From a virus, in IMG/VR virus record IMGVR_UViG_3300042473_001368: 64,000 nt of DNA; one strand, 5' to 3'. The notes beneath the pieces were generated by a model. That model was given only the letters and a program-made list of their open reading frames with translations. It searched no databases and was not told the origin of the DNA. This document shows positions 53,953 to 62,437 of this stretch, piece after piece; positions within the stretch are counted from its first letter, which is position 1, and each line of letters opens with the position of its first letter. Both the position numbers and the translations under genes were made by a program.

Positions 53953-54796
53953 TACAATACATCGAACATACTGGACTGCTAAAAATCAAGTTCAGCGTAT
54001 GAAGAGCGATGATCCTGATCTACTTAGAAACTTTCATATTCACTTTACTCTCAATGCGATATTTTCGTATGTATGCAAATACAAGCCAACGCGCACAATT
54101 TGCGTATGGGATGAAAAACCTGACTACATGCAGAACGACCGTAAAGCGCAGTTCGGTGAGTACAAAGGCAATAGAAGTTCTGATTCCTCTCCACATGAAA
54201 ATAACGAGACGATTAAACGCTTCTTATCTAACTTAAGCGTGTTGTCAATGTTTCCTCGTCAACTTGAAGCGGATGATATTGTCGCATTTTTGTGCCACGA
54301 ACTTGAAGGTAAAAAAGTTATTGTATCTGTCGATAAGGACTTTCTTCAACTAGTTAATAAAGATGTTACACTGTTTAACCCTATCAAGAAAGAGGAATAT
54401 GACTACACAAACTTTGCTGAAGTAACTGGTTTGCCTGATACAAAGACATGGTTAGATGTAAAATGCTTAACAGGTGATAAATCAGACAATGTTCCAGGTA
54501 TCGCGAAGTTTGGGAAGGTCAAAGTTCAGAAATGGCTTAAAGGCGAAATTACTCTCAATGAAGAGGAGCAAGAAATTGCAAACCGTAATAGGTCTTTATT
54601 TTCTTTAGATCTTTATAAGTCATACGACGATGAGAAATCGTACTATGAGACTCAGTTACAAAAAGAGCAGGTGTCTTCATGGAAAGAATTTCTTAAAGAT
54701 TGTAACGAATTACAACTAAACCAAATTTTAAGTAAAAAAGATAGTTGGCATTCTGCTTTCTTCCTCCAAAATAAGTTACAGTCACTGTTTGCATGA
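53924..54796 (+). CDS. rnh: 5'-3' exonuclease / T4 RNase H (FEN family)
   Basis: LIIDGNN, YKGNR, EADDIVA, SVDKDFLQL, GDKSDNVPGI. Confidence 0.93.
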   Translation: MKTLIIDGNNTIHRTYWTAKNQVQRMKSDDPDLLRNFHIHFTLNAIFSYVCKYKPTRTICVWDEKPDYMQNDRKAQFGEYKGNRSSDSSPHENNETIKRFLSNLSVLSMFPRQLEADDIVAFLCHELEGKKVIVSVDKDFLQLVNKDVTLFNPIKKEEYDYTNFAEVTGLPDTKTWLDVKCLTGDKSDNVPGIAKFGKVKVQKWLKGEITLNEEEQEIANRNRSLFSLDLYKSYDDEKSYYETQLQKEQVSSWKEFLKDCNELQLNQILSKKDSWHSAFFLQNKLQSLFA

Positions 54797-55854
54797 TTAC
54801 ACTACCGGAAGAATATGTTGTCTCGAAATTTTATCAGTATACATATCAACCGAAGTACAATCGATATAATCAAACTTATCAGGGTGGGTGTCCGATTTGT
54901 AGAGAGGGTGATTCACTAGGTAGGAAACAGAGATGTTATTACATCTGCAAGACAGATGTAATCTTTTGTCATAACTGTGGCTGGTCGAGTAGAACATTCA
55001 AATGGATTAAAGAAGTTTCACGTAAAACTGATTCTGAGATCCTAGAGGATGTTAAACGATTTAGGCCTGATATAACTTCGCTTGACGAAGAGGTAAATGT
55101 TGTTGTAAAAAAAGTAGAGGCAACGCTTCCTGAAGACAGTATCAATCTATTTGATGAAAGTCAGTTAGCATACTATAAAAACAATCCAATAGTATCTGCG
55201 TGTCTGCAAACGATAAAGAAAAGACGGTTGGATACAGCGGTTAACAAGCCATTTGCATTATACGTTTCATTAACAGACCCTGTTCATAAGAATAGACTCA
55301 TAATTCCGTTTGTAAATGAAAGAGAAAAGATCGAATTTTATCAGTCACGTACAATTATACCTACAGACAATAAGACCAAGCCAAAGTATATCTCGAAGAT
55401 TGGTGGAGAAAAGACACTCTTTAACATAGACAAGGTAGATAGTGATTACCCATTTGTTTTTGTCTTTGAAGGGCCACTGAATGCTTTCTTTGTAAAAAAT
55501 AGTGTAGCAGTTGCAGGTATTACAGAAAAAAGTATCAAGTCATTGACGCAAAGACAGCAAAAGCAAATGGATTCAACTCTCAAATGGTTTGATCGTGTGT
55601 GGGTGCTCGACAGTCAATGGGTTGATAAAGCAGCACTATCTAAGAGTGAAATTCTTCTTAAGGAAGGCGAGACTGTCTTTATTTGGCCTGAGCAAATCGG
55701 TAAGAAGTTTAAAGACTTTAATGATATATGTATTACAGGTAAGCGAGATGAAATCTCAGATGATTTTATACAAAAAAATTCCTTCAAAGGACTTGAAGGA
55801 ATTTTTAAACTCTCTGCAATTAAAGCTCAGCAGCAATTATACACCGCGAAGTGA
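54793..55854 (+). CDS. gp61: DNA primase
   Basis: CPICREGDS...CHNC zinc finger, RLIIPF, FVFEGPLNA (TOPRIM), FKDFND. Confidence 0.92.
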   Translation: MITLPEEYVVSKFYQYTYQPKYNRYNQTYQGGCPICREGDSLGRKQRCYYICKTDVIFCHNCGWSSRTFKWIKEVSRKTDSEILEDVKRFRPDITSLDEEVNVVVKKVEATLPEDSINLFDESQLAYYKNNPIVSACLQTIKKRRLDTAVNKPFALYVSLTDPVHKNRLIIPFVNEREKIEFYQSRTIIPTDNKTKPKYISKIGGEKTLFNIDKVDSDYPFVFVFEGPLNAFFVKNSVAVAGITEKSIKSLTQRQQKQMDSTLKWFDRVWVLDSQWVDKAALSKSEILLKEGETVFIWPEQIGKKFKDFNDICITGKRDEISDDFIQKNSFKGLEGIFKLSAIKAQQQLYTAK

Positions 55855-56253
55855 TGCATTTGAAGATGTTGCAAGGAATCCTTTGAATGATTCATTAAGA
55901 GCTGCAAGCTCTGTTGCAACACGAGCAATTTTACGTTGTTCAGACTGTTTCATCTTATCAAAGAGTGTATCAGGAGCTGATTGAGCTAATACTGTTTGAA
56001 TAGAGTTTTCTGTTCCATTGAGCTTTTCAAGAAAGGACTCAAGAGAATCAATCCAACCCTTTAATTCACTTACCATAGCAGCATTTTGCTCTGCCATAGC
56101 AGTAGCAACAGCTGTCGAATCACCACTTGATACTGGTGAGGTATCAAAAGCAGCTGGATCTGTTCCTTGATCAAGCGACGCTTCCATAGCTTCGCGATCC
56201 ATATCATCTTGTTCTCTTAAAACCTTAAAAAAGCGTTTACCGAAGTCATTCAT
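55837..56253 (-). CDS. Hypothetical late protein
   Basis: ACTAAATA 5 nt upstream; MNDFGKRFFKVLREQ. Confidence 0.7.
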   Translation of the reverse strand: MNDFGKRFFKVLREQDDMDREAMEASLDQGTDPAAFDTSPVSSGDSTAVATAMAEQNAAMVSELKGWIDSLESFLEKLNGTENSIQTVLAQSAPDTLFDKMKQSEQRKIARVATELAALNESFKGFLATSSNASLRGV

Positions 56254-56258
56254 ATAGT

Positions 56259-56281
56259 TATTTAGTCGAGTTGTATAAATA
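56259..56281. promoter_or_regulatory. Back-to-back late promoters (ACTAAATA minus 56259-56266; TATAAATA plus 56274-56281)
   Basis: 5 nt and 6 nt from divergent ATGs at 56253 and 56288. Confidence 0.82.
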
Positions 56282-56287
56282 TTTACA

Positions 56288-56611
56288 ATGCCTAATACTA
56301 CTTATCCTAACTACGAAACAAAGTTTTCTACATCACCGGTCGAAAACAAGTTAAATACAGATGCGCAGATGGATTTGTATAAAAGAGACGAAGAAACTCA
56401 AAAGGCTCCGAAAGTTCTACCATTCGAATTAGAACAAAATGCAAAACAAATGCTAGGAGACCTAACAATAAAGTTAATAGACTTTAGAAATATGATTCAT
56501 CGCTCTGACATATCAGAAACAGATAAAAGAGCGCTTGATGAAATTATAGATAATGTAGCTACTTCTTTTACAATGACTATACCGAAACAGATTGATAATT
56601 TGTATCTGTAA
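56288..56611 (+). CDS. Hypothetical late protein
   Basis: 107 aa under TATAAATA; APKVLPFEL motif. Confidence 0.7.
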   Translation: MPNTTYPNYETKFSTSPVENKLNTDAQMDLYKRDEETQKAPKVLPFELEQNAKQMLGDLTIKLIDFRNMIHRSDISETDKRALDEIIDNVATSFTMTIPKQIDNLYL

Positions 56612-56619
56612 GCTATAAT
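56592..56619 (+). promoter_or_regulatory. Early promoter TTGATA-N16-TATAAT, 9 nt before ATG 56629
   Basis: Read directly. Confidence 0.75.
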
Positions 56620-56628
56620 TAAGTTGTT

Positions 56629-57057
56629 ATGTACAAACAAGCAATTTTTGCAATCTTAATTACCCTTTTATTAGCTCTTGGATTCGGATATGTAGTTCAA
56701 GACTTCGTAGATGGTCTAGGTAAAGGCTTTGTTGCAGGTTTGATTATACAATTCGTTATATTCATGTTGTATAGACCTGCAAAAACAGAAGATACAAACG
56801 ATGAAGCTGATGAAGCATTAAATCGTGTTATTGACTTACAAACTACTCTTGTAGAATGCCCATGCGGTAAAAGTAAGATGTATGAAGCTATCTTTCTTAA
56901 CAAAGATAATAATTTTACATGCACTGCATGTGGCAGTAAGTTTAGAGTAGAGATTGCTTATGAAAGTATCTTACTAACAGAGCCTGTATCACTTGTAAAT
57001 GTCTTTGACAATCTCAAAGAGAAAGAAAAAGAGTTTGATCGTCAGAACGAACTGTAA
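56629..57057 (+). CDS. Membrane protein with C-terminal zinc ribbon
   Basis: Two hydrophobic N-terminal segments; CPC and CTAC Cys pairs. Confidence 0.65.
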   Translation: MYKQAIFAILITLLLALGFGYVVQDFVDGLGKGFVAGLIIQFVIFMLYRPAKTEDTNDEADEALNRVIDLQTTLVECPCGKSKMYEAIFLNKDNNFTCTACGSKFRVEIAYESILLTEPVSLVNVFDNLKEKEKEFDRQNEL

Positions 57058-57071
57058 TATTATATAGTATA

Positions 57072-57314
57072 ATGGATACTATAAAATTTAAACTCAAAAA
57101 TAAAACAACTCATGAAATGTCTGTACCTGAACTTGCGAGGTGGGCATGTTTGCTAGAAGGCATTGAGTTTATTACAAAGCGCAGCGAAGAACTAGGTATT
57201 GAAGATACAAATGTAGATTGGATTAAGCCTCTCGCGCTTCAGAAATATATTGATGAACGTTTTGAGGCTATGAAGCATGATCTAACAGTAGAGAAGATGA
57301 TGGGTAGACTGTAA
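57072..57314 (+). CDS. Hypothetical protein
   Basis: 80-aa ORF. Confidence 0.6.
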   Translation: MDTIKFKLKNKTTHEMSVPELARWACLLEGIEFITKRSEELGIEDTNVDWIKPLALQKYIDERFEAMKHDLTVEKMMGRL

Positions 57315-58289
57315 TTACTTACCACAGCTGCAATTACTTTTTGGTGCAACTACTTCCATAGAACTTAAAGGATAGTATAAATCGGTCCCCTTTATATGTA
57401 TAAATTGAGGTACACTGCTAGTTACTATTGTTTGTTTCGGAAACGGATTTTGTTCGAATATAAAGAGTTTCGCAACTTCTTTTTTGATCTCTGTTCTGGT
57501 ATGCTCCGGTAAATGCTTTTCAAACTCTGCATCAACGTCTTCATAATCTAAGCCTAGCTCGAGTCTGCCTATGATATAGTTTCTATATCTATCAACCCAC
57601 TTGTTTGGATATGGCACTCCATTGACGCGTGTAAATCTATGAACCCATCTTGCAAAAGGTAAGCAGATAGTTTTTTTGTCAGCCATACGATATTTGGTGT
57701 GGATATAAACTTCCTCGCCGCCAAAGCCTCTAAAGTTTTCGTTGTACTTTAACCACGAATCCTTACGACACGAGAACATACCAAGGCCTTGTGCAAAGAT
57801 TTCAAAAGGCTCAGAATCTGGTGTAGCATATCTAGCGTCCTTTTCCCATTGACCTTGCATACCAGATCCCCATTTGTCGTTAAAATTAGTTGATACAGTG
57901 TTAATGTCATCGTGTAGTAGTGGCCCTTGTAGTAAGTTACCTTGGTCTTTACCGCTATCATAAAACTCAATGAGTTTTTTAATACTTCCAGCTTCTAATA
58001 GAACATGACAATCAATAACTAGTACATATGGTGTATTTGCATGTTCAAAAATTAAATTACGTACTGCAGTAGAATTATAATCAGTAAACTGAACATACTT
58101 GATAGGCTGCTTTACATGCTTTGATAATCCCTCAAGTGCTTTATGATACTTCTCATCTGGACTGTTATTAATGATAACAAACTCTACATCATCCATAACT
58201 TCTGAGTGATACATTCTCAACGACTGGATTGTAAAGTATACTCCATCATAGTCGTTGTATGTAGCCATTCCTATTGTAAGCTTGCGCAT
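57315..58289 (-). CDS. Glycosyltransferase, GT2-like, late-expressed
   Basis: LTIGMATYND, VIINN, VIDCHV, FRGFGGEE; start placed at ATG 58289, 5 nt after TGTAAATA (58295-58302). Confidence 0.85.
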   Translation of the reverse strand: MRKLTIGMATYNDYDGVYFTIQSLRMYHSEVMDDVEFVIINNSPDEKYHKALEGLSKHVKQPIKYVQFTDYNSTAVRNLIFEHANTPYVLVIDCHVLLEAGSIKKLIEFYDSGKDQGNLLQGPLLHDDINTVSTNFNDKWGSGMQGQWEKDARYATPDSEPFEIFAQGLGMFSCRKDSWLKYNENFRGFGGEEVYIHTKYRMADKKTICLPFARWVHRFTRVNGVPYPNKWVDRYRNYIIGRLELGLDYEDVDAEFEKHLPEHTRTEIKKEVAKLFIFEQNPFPKQTIVTSSVPQFIHIKGTDLYYPLSSMEVVAPKSNCSCGK

Positions 58290-58318
58290 ACAACTATTTA
58301 CAGGCTCATTTTTAAATA

Positions 58319-59050
58319 TCAAGCTAAAGGAGCCGATGTTAAAACCTCGACTAGCGTATTACCTCTGACCCCTTCGATATGCATGTTGTTCACCAACATC
58401 TTACATGAACTAAGACTGCTTGATGAAATAGGAGAGCAATAGGATATCCCACAGGAAACACTATCTACGTTACCTGAGTTAATAAAGCGATACGGAAGAG
58501 ATACAGTAGCTAGAGTTGTATATGTCGTTGTACTAGAATCTCTGTATGCAATTTCAAGAGTTTGCGCGCCATTACTATAAATGCAACGTATTGTCTGTGT
58601 AGCAGTTGGTGCAATTGTAAAAGATGTGCTTGATAAAGGAAGAACATGTAGCAATTGACTGTTAAAACCTCTTACAATGAGAGCATTAGGTTGTACACTT
58701 GTTAATCCTGGTCTTGTTGTTGAGGATAATGCGAACAAGCCTGTTGTATCAAATGCTACTGTAACAAGATTGAATGGATTAGCAGTACTTACAGTTGTAC
58801 CACTCAAGACAGTGATAGAATTAGTAGCTTCAGATTGCTTTGTACACAGATACTGCCCAGCAGATATATTTGATGTAGTAGAAGAAAGGGTTGTTAGGAA
58901 TGTTGTATACCCTAACTGACTAGTACCTTGATTGAATCCTGATACTGAGTATTGAAACGACCATATAATATCATAGTTAGAGTTATAACTATAATTTTTA
59001 TCGACGATATAATAATATCTAGCAGAAGCTGGTAGAAGAATTTCAGACAT
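58319..59050 (-). CDS. Ser/Thr-rich virion-like protein, possible lectin/beta-sandwich fold
   Basis: 243 aa, beta-rich, in the tail-fibre operon. Confidence 0.5.
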   Translation of the reverse strand: MSEILLPASARYYYIVDKNYSYNSNYDIIWSFQYSVSGFNQGTSQLGYTTFLTTLSSTTSNISAGQYLCTKQSEATNSITVLSGTTVSTANPFNLVTVAFDTTGLFALSSTTRPGLTSVQPNALIVRGFNSQLLHVLPLSSTSFTIAPTATQTIRCIYSNGAQTLEIAYRDSSTTTYTTLATVSLPYRFINSGNVDSVSCGISYCSPISSSSLSSCKMLVNNMHIEGVRGNTLVEVLTSAPLA

Positions 59051-59261
59051 GTTGTTTTTGTTTAAAGGTACAGGTGATAGTATTTAGGTCGTCGAGAGTT
59101 TTAGAAAAAACCATCTCGTAATTCAGTCGTTGCAATTCCTTATAAACTACCTTAAAGTAGTCCTTCTTGATATTTACAATAATACTGTGTCGAGTTTTAT
59201 CAACAAGTACATAATCTGTAAATTCTTCGCAAAACCACTCAGCTCTATCATGCAAGTTCAT
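59043..59261 (-). CDS. Small hypothetical protein
   Basis: Start placed at ATG 59261, 7 nt after AGTAAATA (59269-59276). Confidence 0.55.
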   Translation of the reverse strand: MNLHDRAEWFCEEFTDYVLVDKTRHSIIVNIKKDYFKVVYKELQRLNYEMVFSKTLDDLNTITCTFKQKQHV

Positions 59262-59271
59262 GCATGTATAT

Positions 59272-59436
59272 TTACTCCTCGAAAGCCTGTACAATAGCAT
59301 TTACCTTATGTAGTATCTCTGTCAAATGAGTATACTTCTGTAAATCTCCGATAGGTAACTCGGTATTTCTTAATGTCTCTTGAATAAGAATGAAATCTTC
59401 AAGAATTAAACCATCTACAATAATTTCTTTATGCAT
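59272..59436 (-). CDS. Small hypothetical protein
   Basis: MHKEIIVDGL; start overlaps the upstream stop. Confidence 0.45.
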   Translation of the reverse strand: MHKEIIVDGLILEDFILIQETLRNTELPIGDLQKYTHLTEILHKVNAIVQAFEE

Positions 59437-60670
59437 AAACTGTAACGCTAAATCGTGTATTTGGGTCAGCAAACCCAGGAGTTAAAATTGGCGGTGCCCA
59501 TGAAAAATCACGACCTTCATCTGTAATAGAAACTGTTGATACATATGTATAAACATAGAGGTTTCCATCATCATAATATACATATCTCGAATTTAAATCA
59601 GGGTTAATTAAGTTCTTTCTAACATCATTAGGATACTTTTTAGTAGCATTTTTAATTCCGACTTCGACAACTGATGTCAGAGCATCGAAATTTGTTATAC
59701 CGGTAATTTTCCATGCACCAGAAGCTAATGCATCGTATCCAACATTTTTACGAAGACGGCTATCAGTTTTACCATCTGTTAATCCTGTTGTACTAACGTT
59801 CGGTATTGAATTTAAAAGAGCGTAATCGATACTGCTTACACCAATACCACCAGTGCTACGTAAAATCGTACCGCTCTGATTAAACTCTACGAAATGTGAA
59901 GGTGAGAACACAGAATTAATTGTAATATTCCCACTTGTGAGTAATTTAGCCTCAGTTGTCTGCGTGCCACCTACTGTAAGGGTAATACCTTTACCGGCAA
60001 CAAGAGTTGCAGATGCCGCAGTTAATAGTGTAGCTGCGCTTGACCATGTAAGATTACCGCTTCCATCGTTTTTAAGGAACGAATCTGCTGGCTGACTACC
60101 TGTAATAGGAAAGTTATAGGTAGATAGACCAATTTTGAGAGAACTTGGAAGAGCAACAAAAGTATTATTAAGAGGCTTGACTGAATCAAGTGCTATATTT
60201 GCAGATAGAGCGATTCGACCGCTATCTATAACAATATTACGACCAACTGCATCATTAGAGAAGTTGTTTGCAGAAAGGGTACCTACTTTTACTTGGTTAC
60301 CACTACCAGTAAAGACAATTGTTGTGTTTTCAGGTGAATAAATTCTGCCAACAGGGGACCAGCTTGTAGATAAAGTTGAGGCTCCGCTAATATATCTATA
60401 GAGCGTTGAACTACCTGTAACATATACTAAATCTCCGATAGCAGGAGGAGTAACGGCTATAGTGCCAAAATCAGCTGTTTCGCCAATAACAACATTACCA
60501 GCTAAGACACCGCCTAATGTTACGCCGTCGCCTACATAAAGCCGCTTTGTATCTGTGGTGTATCCAATTTCGCCGACATCTAAAACTATAGCCTTTCGAT
60601 CGGAATCTTGTCCGCTACGAACAACAAGTTTTAGGAGTGTGTTTTGAAAGATTTGTACTGAATTAGACAT
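59429..60670 (-). CDS. Tail-fibre-like protein with Mtd_N-type N-terminal domain
   Basis: KLVVRSG...LDVGEIGYTTDTKRLYVGDG; CATAAATA at 60678-60685. Confidence 0.7.
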   Translation of the reverse strand: MSNSVQIFQNTLLKLVVRSGQDSDRKAIVLDVGEIGYTTDTKRLYVGDGVTLGGVLAGNVVIGETADFGTIAVTPPAIGDLVYVTGSSTLYRYISGASTLSTSWSPVGRIYSPENTTIVFTGSGNQVKVGTLSANNFSNDAVGRNIVIDSGRIALSANIALDSVKPLNNTFVALPSSLKIGLSTYNFPITGSQPADSFLKNDGSGNLTWSSAATLLTAASATLVAGKGITLTVGGTQTTEAKLLTSGNITINSVFSPSHFVEFNQSGTILRSTGGIGVSSIDYALLNSIPNVSTTGLTDGKTDSRLRKNVGYDALASGAWKITGITNFDALTSVVEVGIKNATKKYPNDVRKNLINPDLNSRYVYYDDGNLYVYTYVSTVSITDEGRDFSWAPPILTPGFADPNTRFSVTVYA

Positions 60671-60680
60671 ATGTGTTTAT

Positions 60681-61808
60681 TTATGGTATATCAAAAGGAA
60701 GTGAGAATACAGGGATTGCAAACGAGTTTGTTGTTATTGTTCCATCACGACGTACTGCTTCCTGGCCACGAAACACAATAAAACCTGCTGAAGAAAGAGA
60801 AATAGAGCCACCTGCTGAAATAGCTGTAATAACAGTTTGTGGATTAGATCCAAACCAACCGGTGTTCCGTTGATTGACAGCGCCGTTGTAGGCTGACATC
60901 TGAGGGTTGCTACTATCAACTGATAAAATATCGTAAATTGATGATGCAATTTTAGCAATATAACCTTTATCAGATACAATATAAGGTAGTTCAAATGTAC
61001 CTGTTGCGGTTAATGGCGGAGATTTAAGAGCTAAGATATTATTAGCGCAAATACTGAATGAAGTTGTATCAACGCCTGCTATAACTGTCTGAATTTTAAT
61101 ACCCGAAGTCGTATAATACGTATTAAACCCTAAATCGAGGTTTTCAACACGTAAAGCTGTAACTGGTGAAGAAATTAACTGTAGTTTGTTACCAGTGAAA
61201 CCGATAGTAGTTCCATCAACATCAACCCTTATTGGTGTACCGTTACCACCTGTAAGGCCTAGTCCGAGAGTACTCGGAGAAATGTGAGTAGAATTAATAC
61301 CACCAGTAAGAATTGTTAATTGTGTTGTAGCTCCAAAAACAGATGTATCATAATTTACATTAATTTTACTAGAATTAAAATTTATTGTAGTAGAAGATAA
61401 TGTTGTAGTGCTCAGTACAGACGAATCAATAGAAGCTGGAGTAAGAGTCAATACACCTGTTTGATCGTTAGAGTATTTTAGGTATGTTGTATTTAACCGT
61501 GGTGAAAATAGAGACCAGTTAGAAAGCTGCGTGTAATCAGTTCCTATTAACTGATATGAGACACCGCTTAAAGGTTGAATATCACCAACTTCAGCATTAA
61601 TTGTTGATAAGTGATTGTATGTATTATTAACAGGTGCATACACCTTATTACCAACTACTACTCCACCAGAATCTACGCCATTACCAACAAATACTCTTTG
61701 TGTATCTACGGTAAACCCTAATTCGCCTTGATCGAGCTTAATAAGTTTGCGATCCGCATCTGTTCCGCGTCGAATTTTTAGTTTAATTACTTTTATGTCA
61801 GGAGGCAT
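60681..61808 (-). CDS. Tail-fibre-like protein with Mtd_N-type N-terminal domain
   Basis: KLKIRRG...LDQGELGFTVDTQRVFVGNG; VDGTTIGF fibre repeats. Confidence 0.7.
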   Translation of the reverse strand: MPPDIKVIKLKIRRGTDADRKLIKLDQGELGFTVDTQRVFVGNGVDSGGVVVGNKVYAPVNNTYNHLSTINAEVGDIQPLSGVSYQLIGTDYTQLSNWSLFSPRLNTTYLKYSNDQTGVLTLTPASIDSSVLSTTTLSSTTINFNSSKINVNYDTSVFGATTQLTILTGGINSTHISPSTLGLGLTGGNGTPIRVDVDGTTIGFTGNKLQLISSPVTALRVENLDLGFNTYYTTSGIKIQTVIAGVDTTSFSICANNILALKSPPLTATGTFELPYIVSDKGYIAKIASSIYDILSVDSSNPQMSAYNGAVNQRNTGWFGSNPQTVITAISAGGSISLSSAGFIVFRGQEAVRRDGTITTNSFAIPVFSLPFDIP

Positions 61809-61811
61809 ATA

Positions 61812-62393
61812 TTAAAATGTTTGTTGAAGTGTCCAGCCTAGTGAAGTGCTGTATACGAAATTAAAGACAGTTATGTCTGTCATTGTTGATCCTGACATAA
61901 CTTTTTGAAAAATAAAGGCAATATCACCATTCGAAGGCGTATTCCATGTAATATTTGTAATAAGAGTTTCAATACTAGGTCCAGGAGTGTTTACAGCACG
62001 ACTCGCTATAAAAAATGTCTTTGTTGTACCAGTATTCGTAATAGCACTGATCAATCCATTTGCATATGTAATAGTCGCAGAGCTATATGTGCCATCTGCA
62101 ACAGGAATTGTCTGTCCGCTTGTTAAAATGAAGTTAAGTGTTCTATACTCAAGGTTATTCGTACTTGTCATTACAGGTACACTAAAGATAGGTCCTGTTG
62201 TTAGAGGAAAAACTACATTATTAAGAACAAAGCTTCCAGTTACAACAGCACTAGATGTTGAAAGTGAAAGAGATGTTTTTGTACCAACGCCATTGTACAC
62301 AGGCAAAGGGCCTGATGACAAAATTGTTGTGTCTGTATGAAGAAGCGTGCTATAAACTTCAGATAGCGATTGGCCTGTTAGATCTTGTGCCAT
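61812..62393 (-). CDS. Ser/Thr-rich virion-like protein
   Basis: ADGTYSSATITYANGLISAI fibre-like repeat; CATAAATA at 62406-62413. Confidence 0.55.
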   Translation of the reverse strand: MAQDLTGQSLSEVYSTLLHTDTTILSSGPLPVYNGVGTKTSLSLSTSSAVVTGSFVLNNVVFPLTTGPIFSVPVMTSTNNLEYRTLNFILTSGQTIPVADGTYSSATITYANGLISAITNTGTTKTFFIASRAVNTPGPSIETLITNITWNTPSNGDIAFIFQKVMSGSTMTDITVFNFVYSTSLGWTLQQTF

Positions 62394-62437
62394 ATATTCA
62401 TCAGATATTTATGTAGTAAGCGAGATATTCCACTAAC

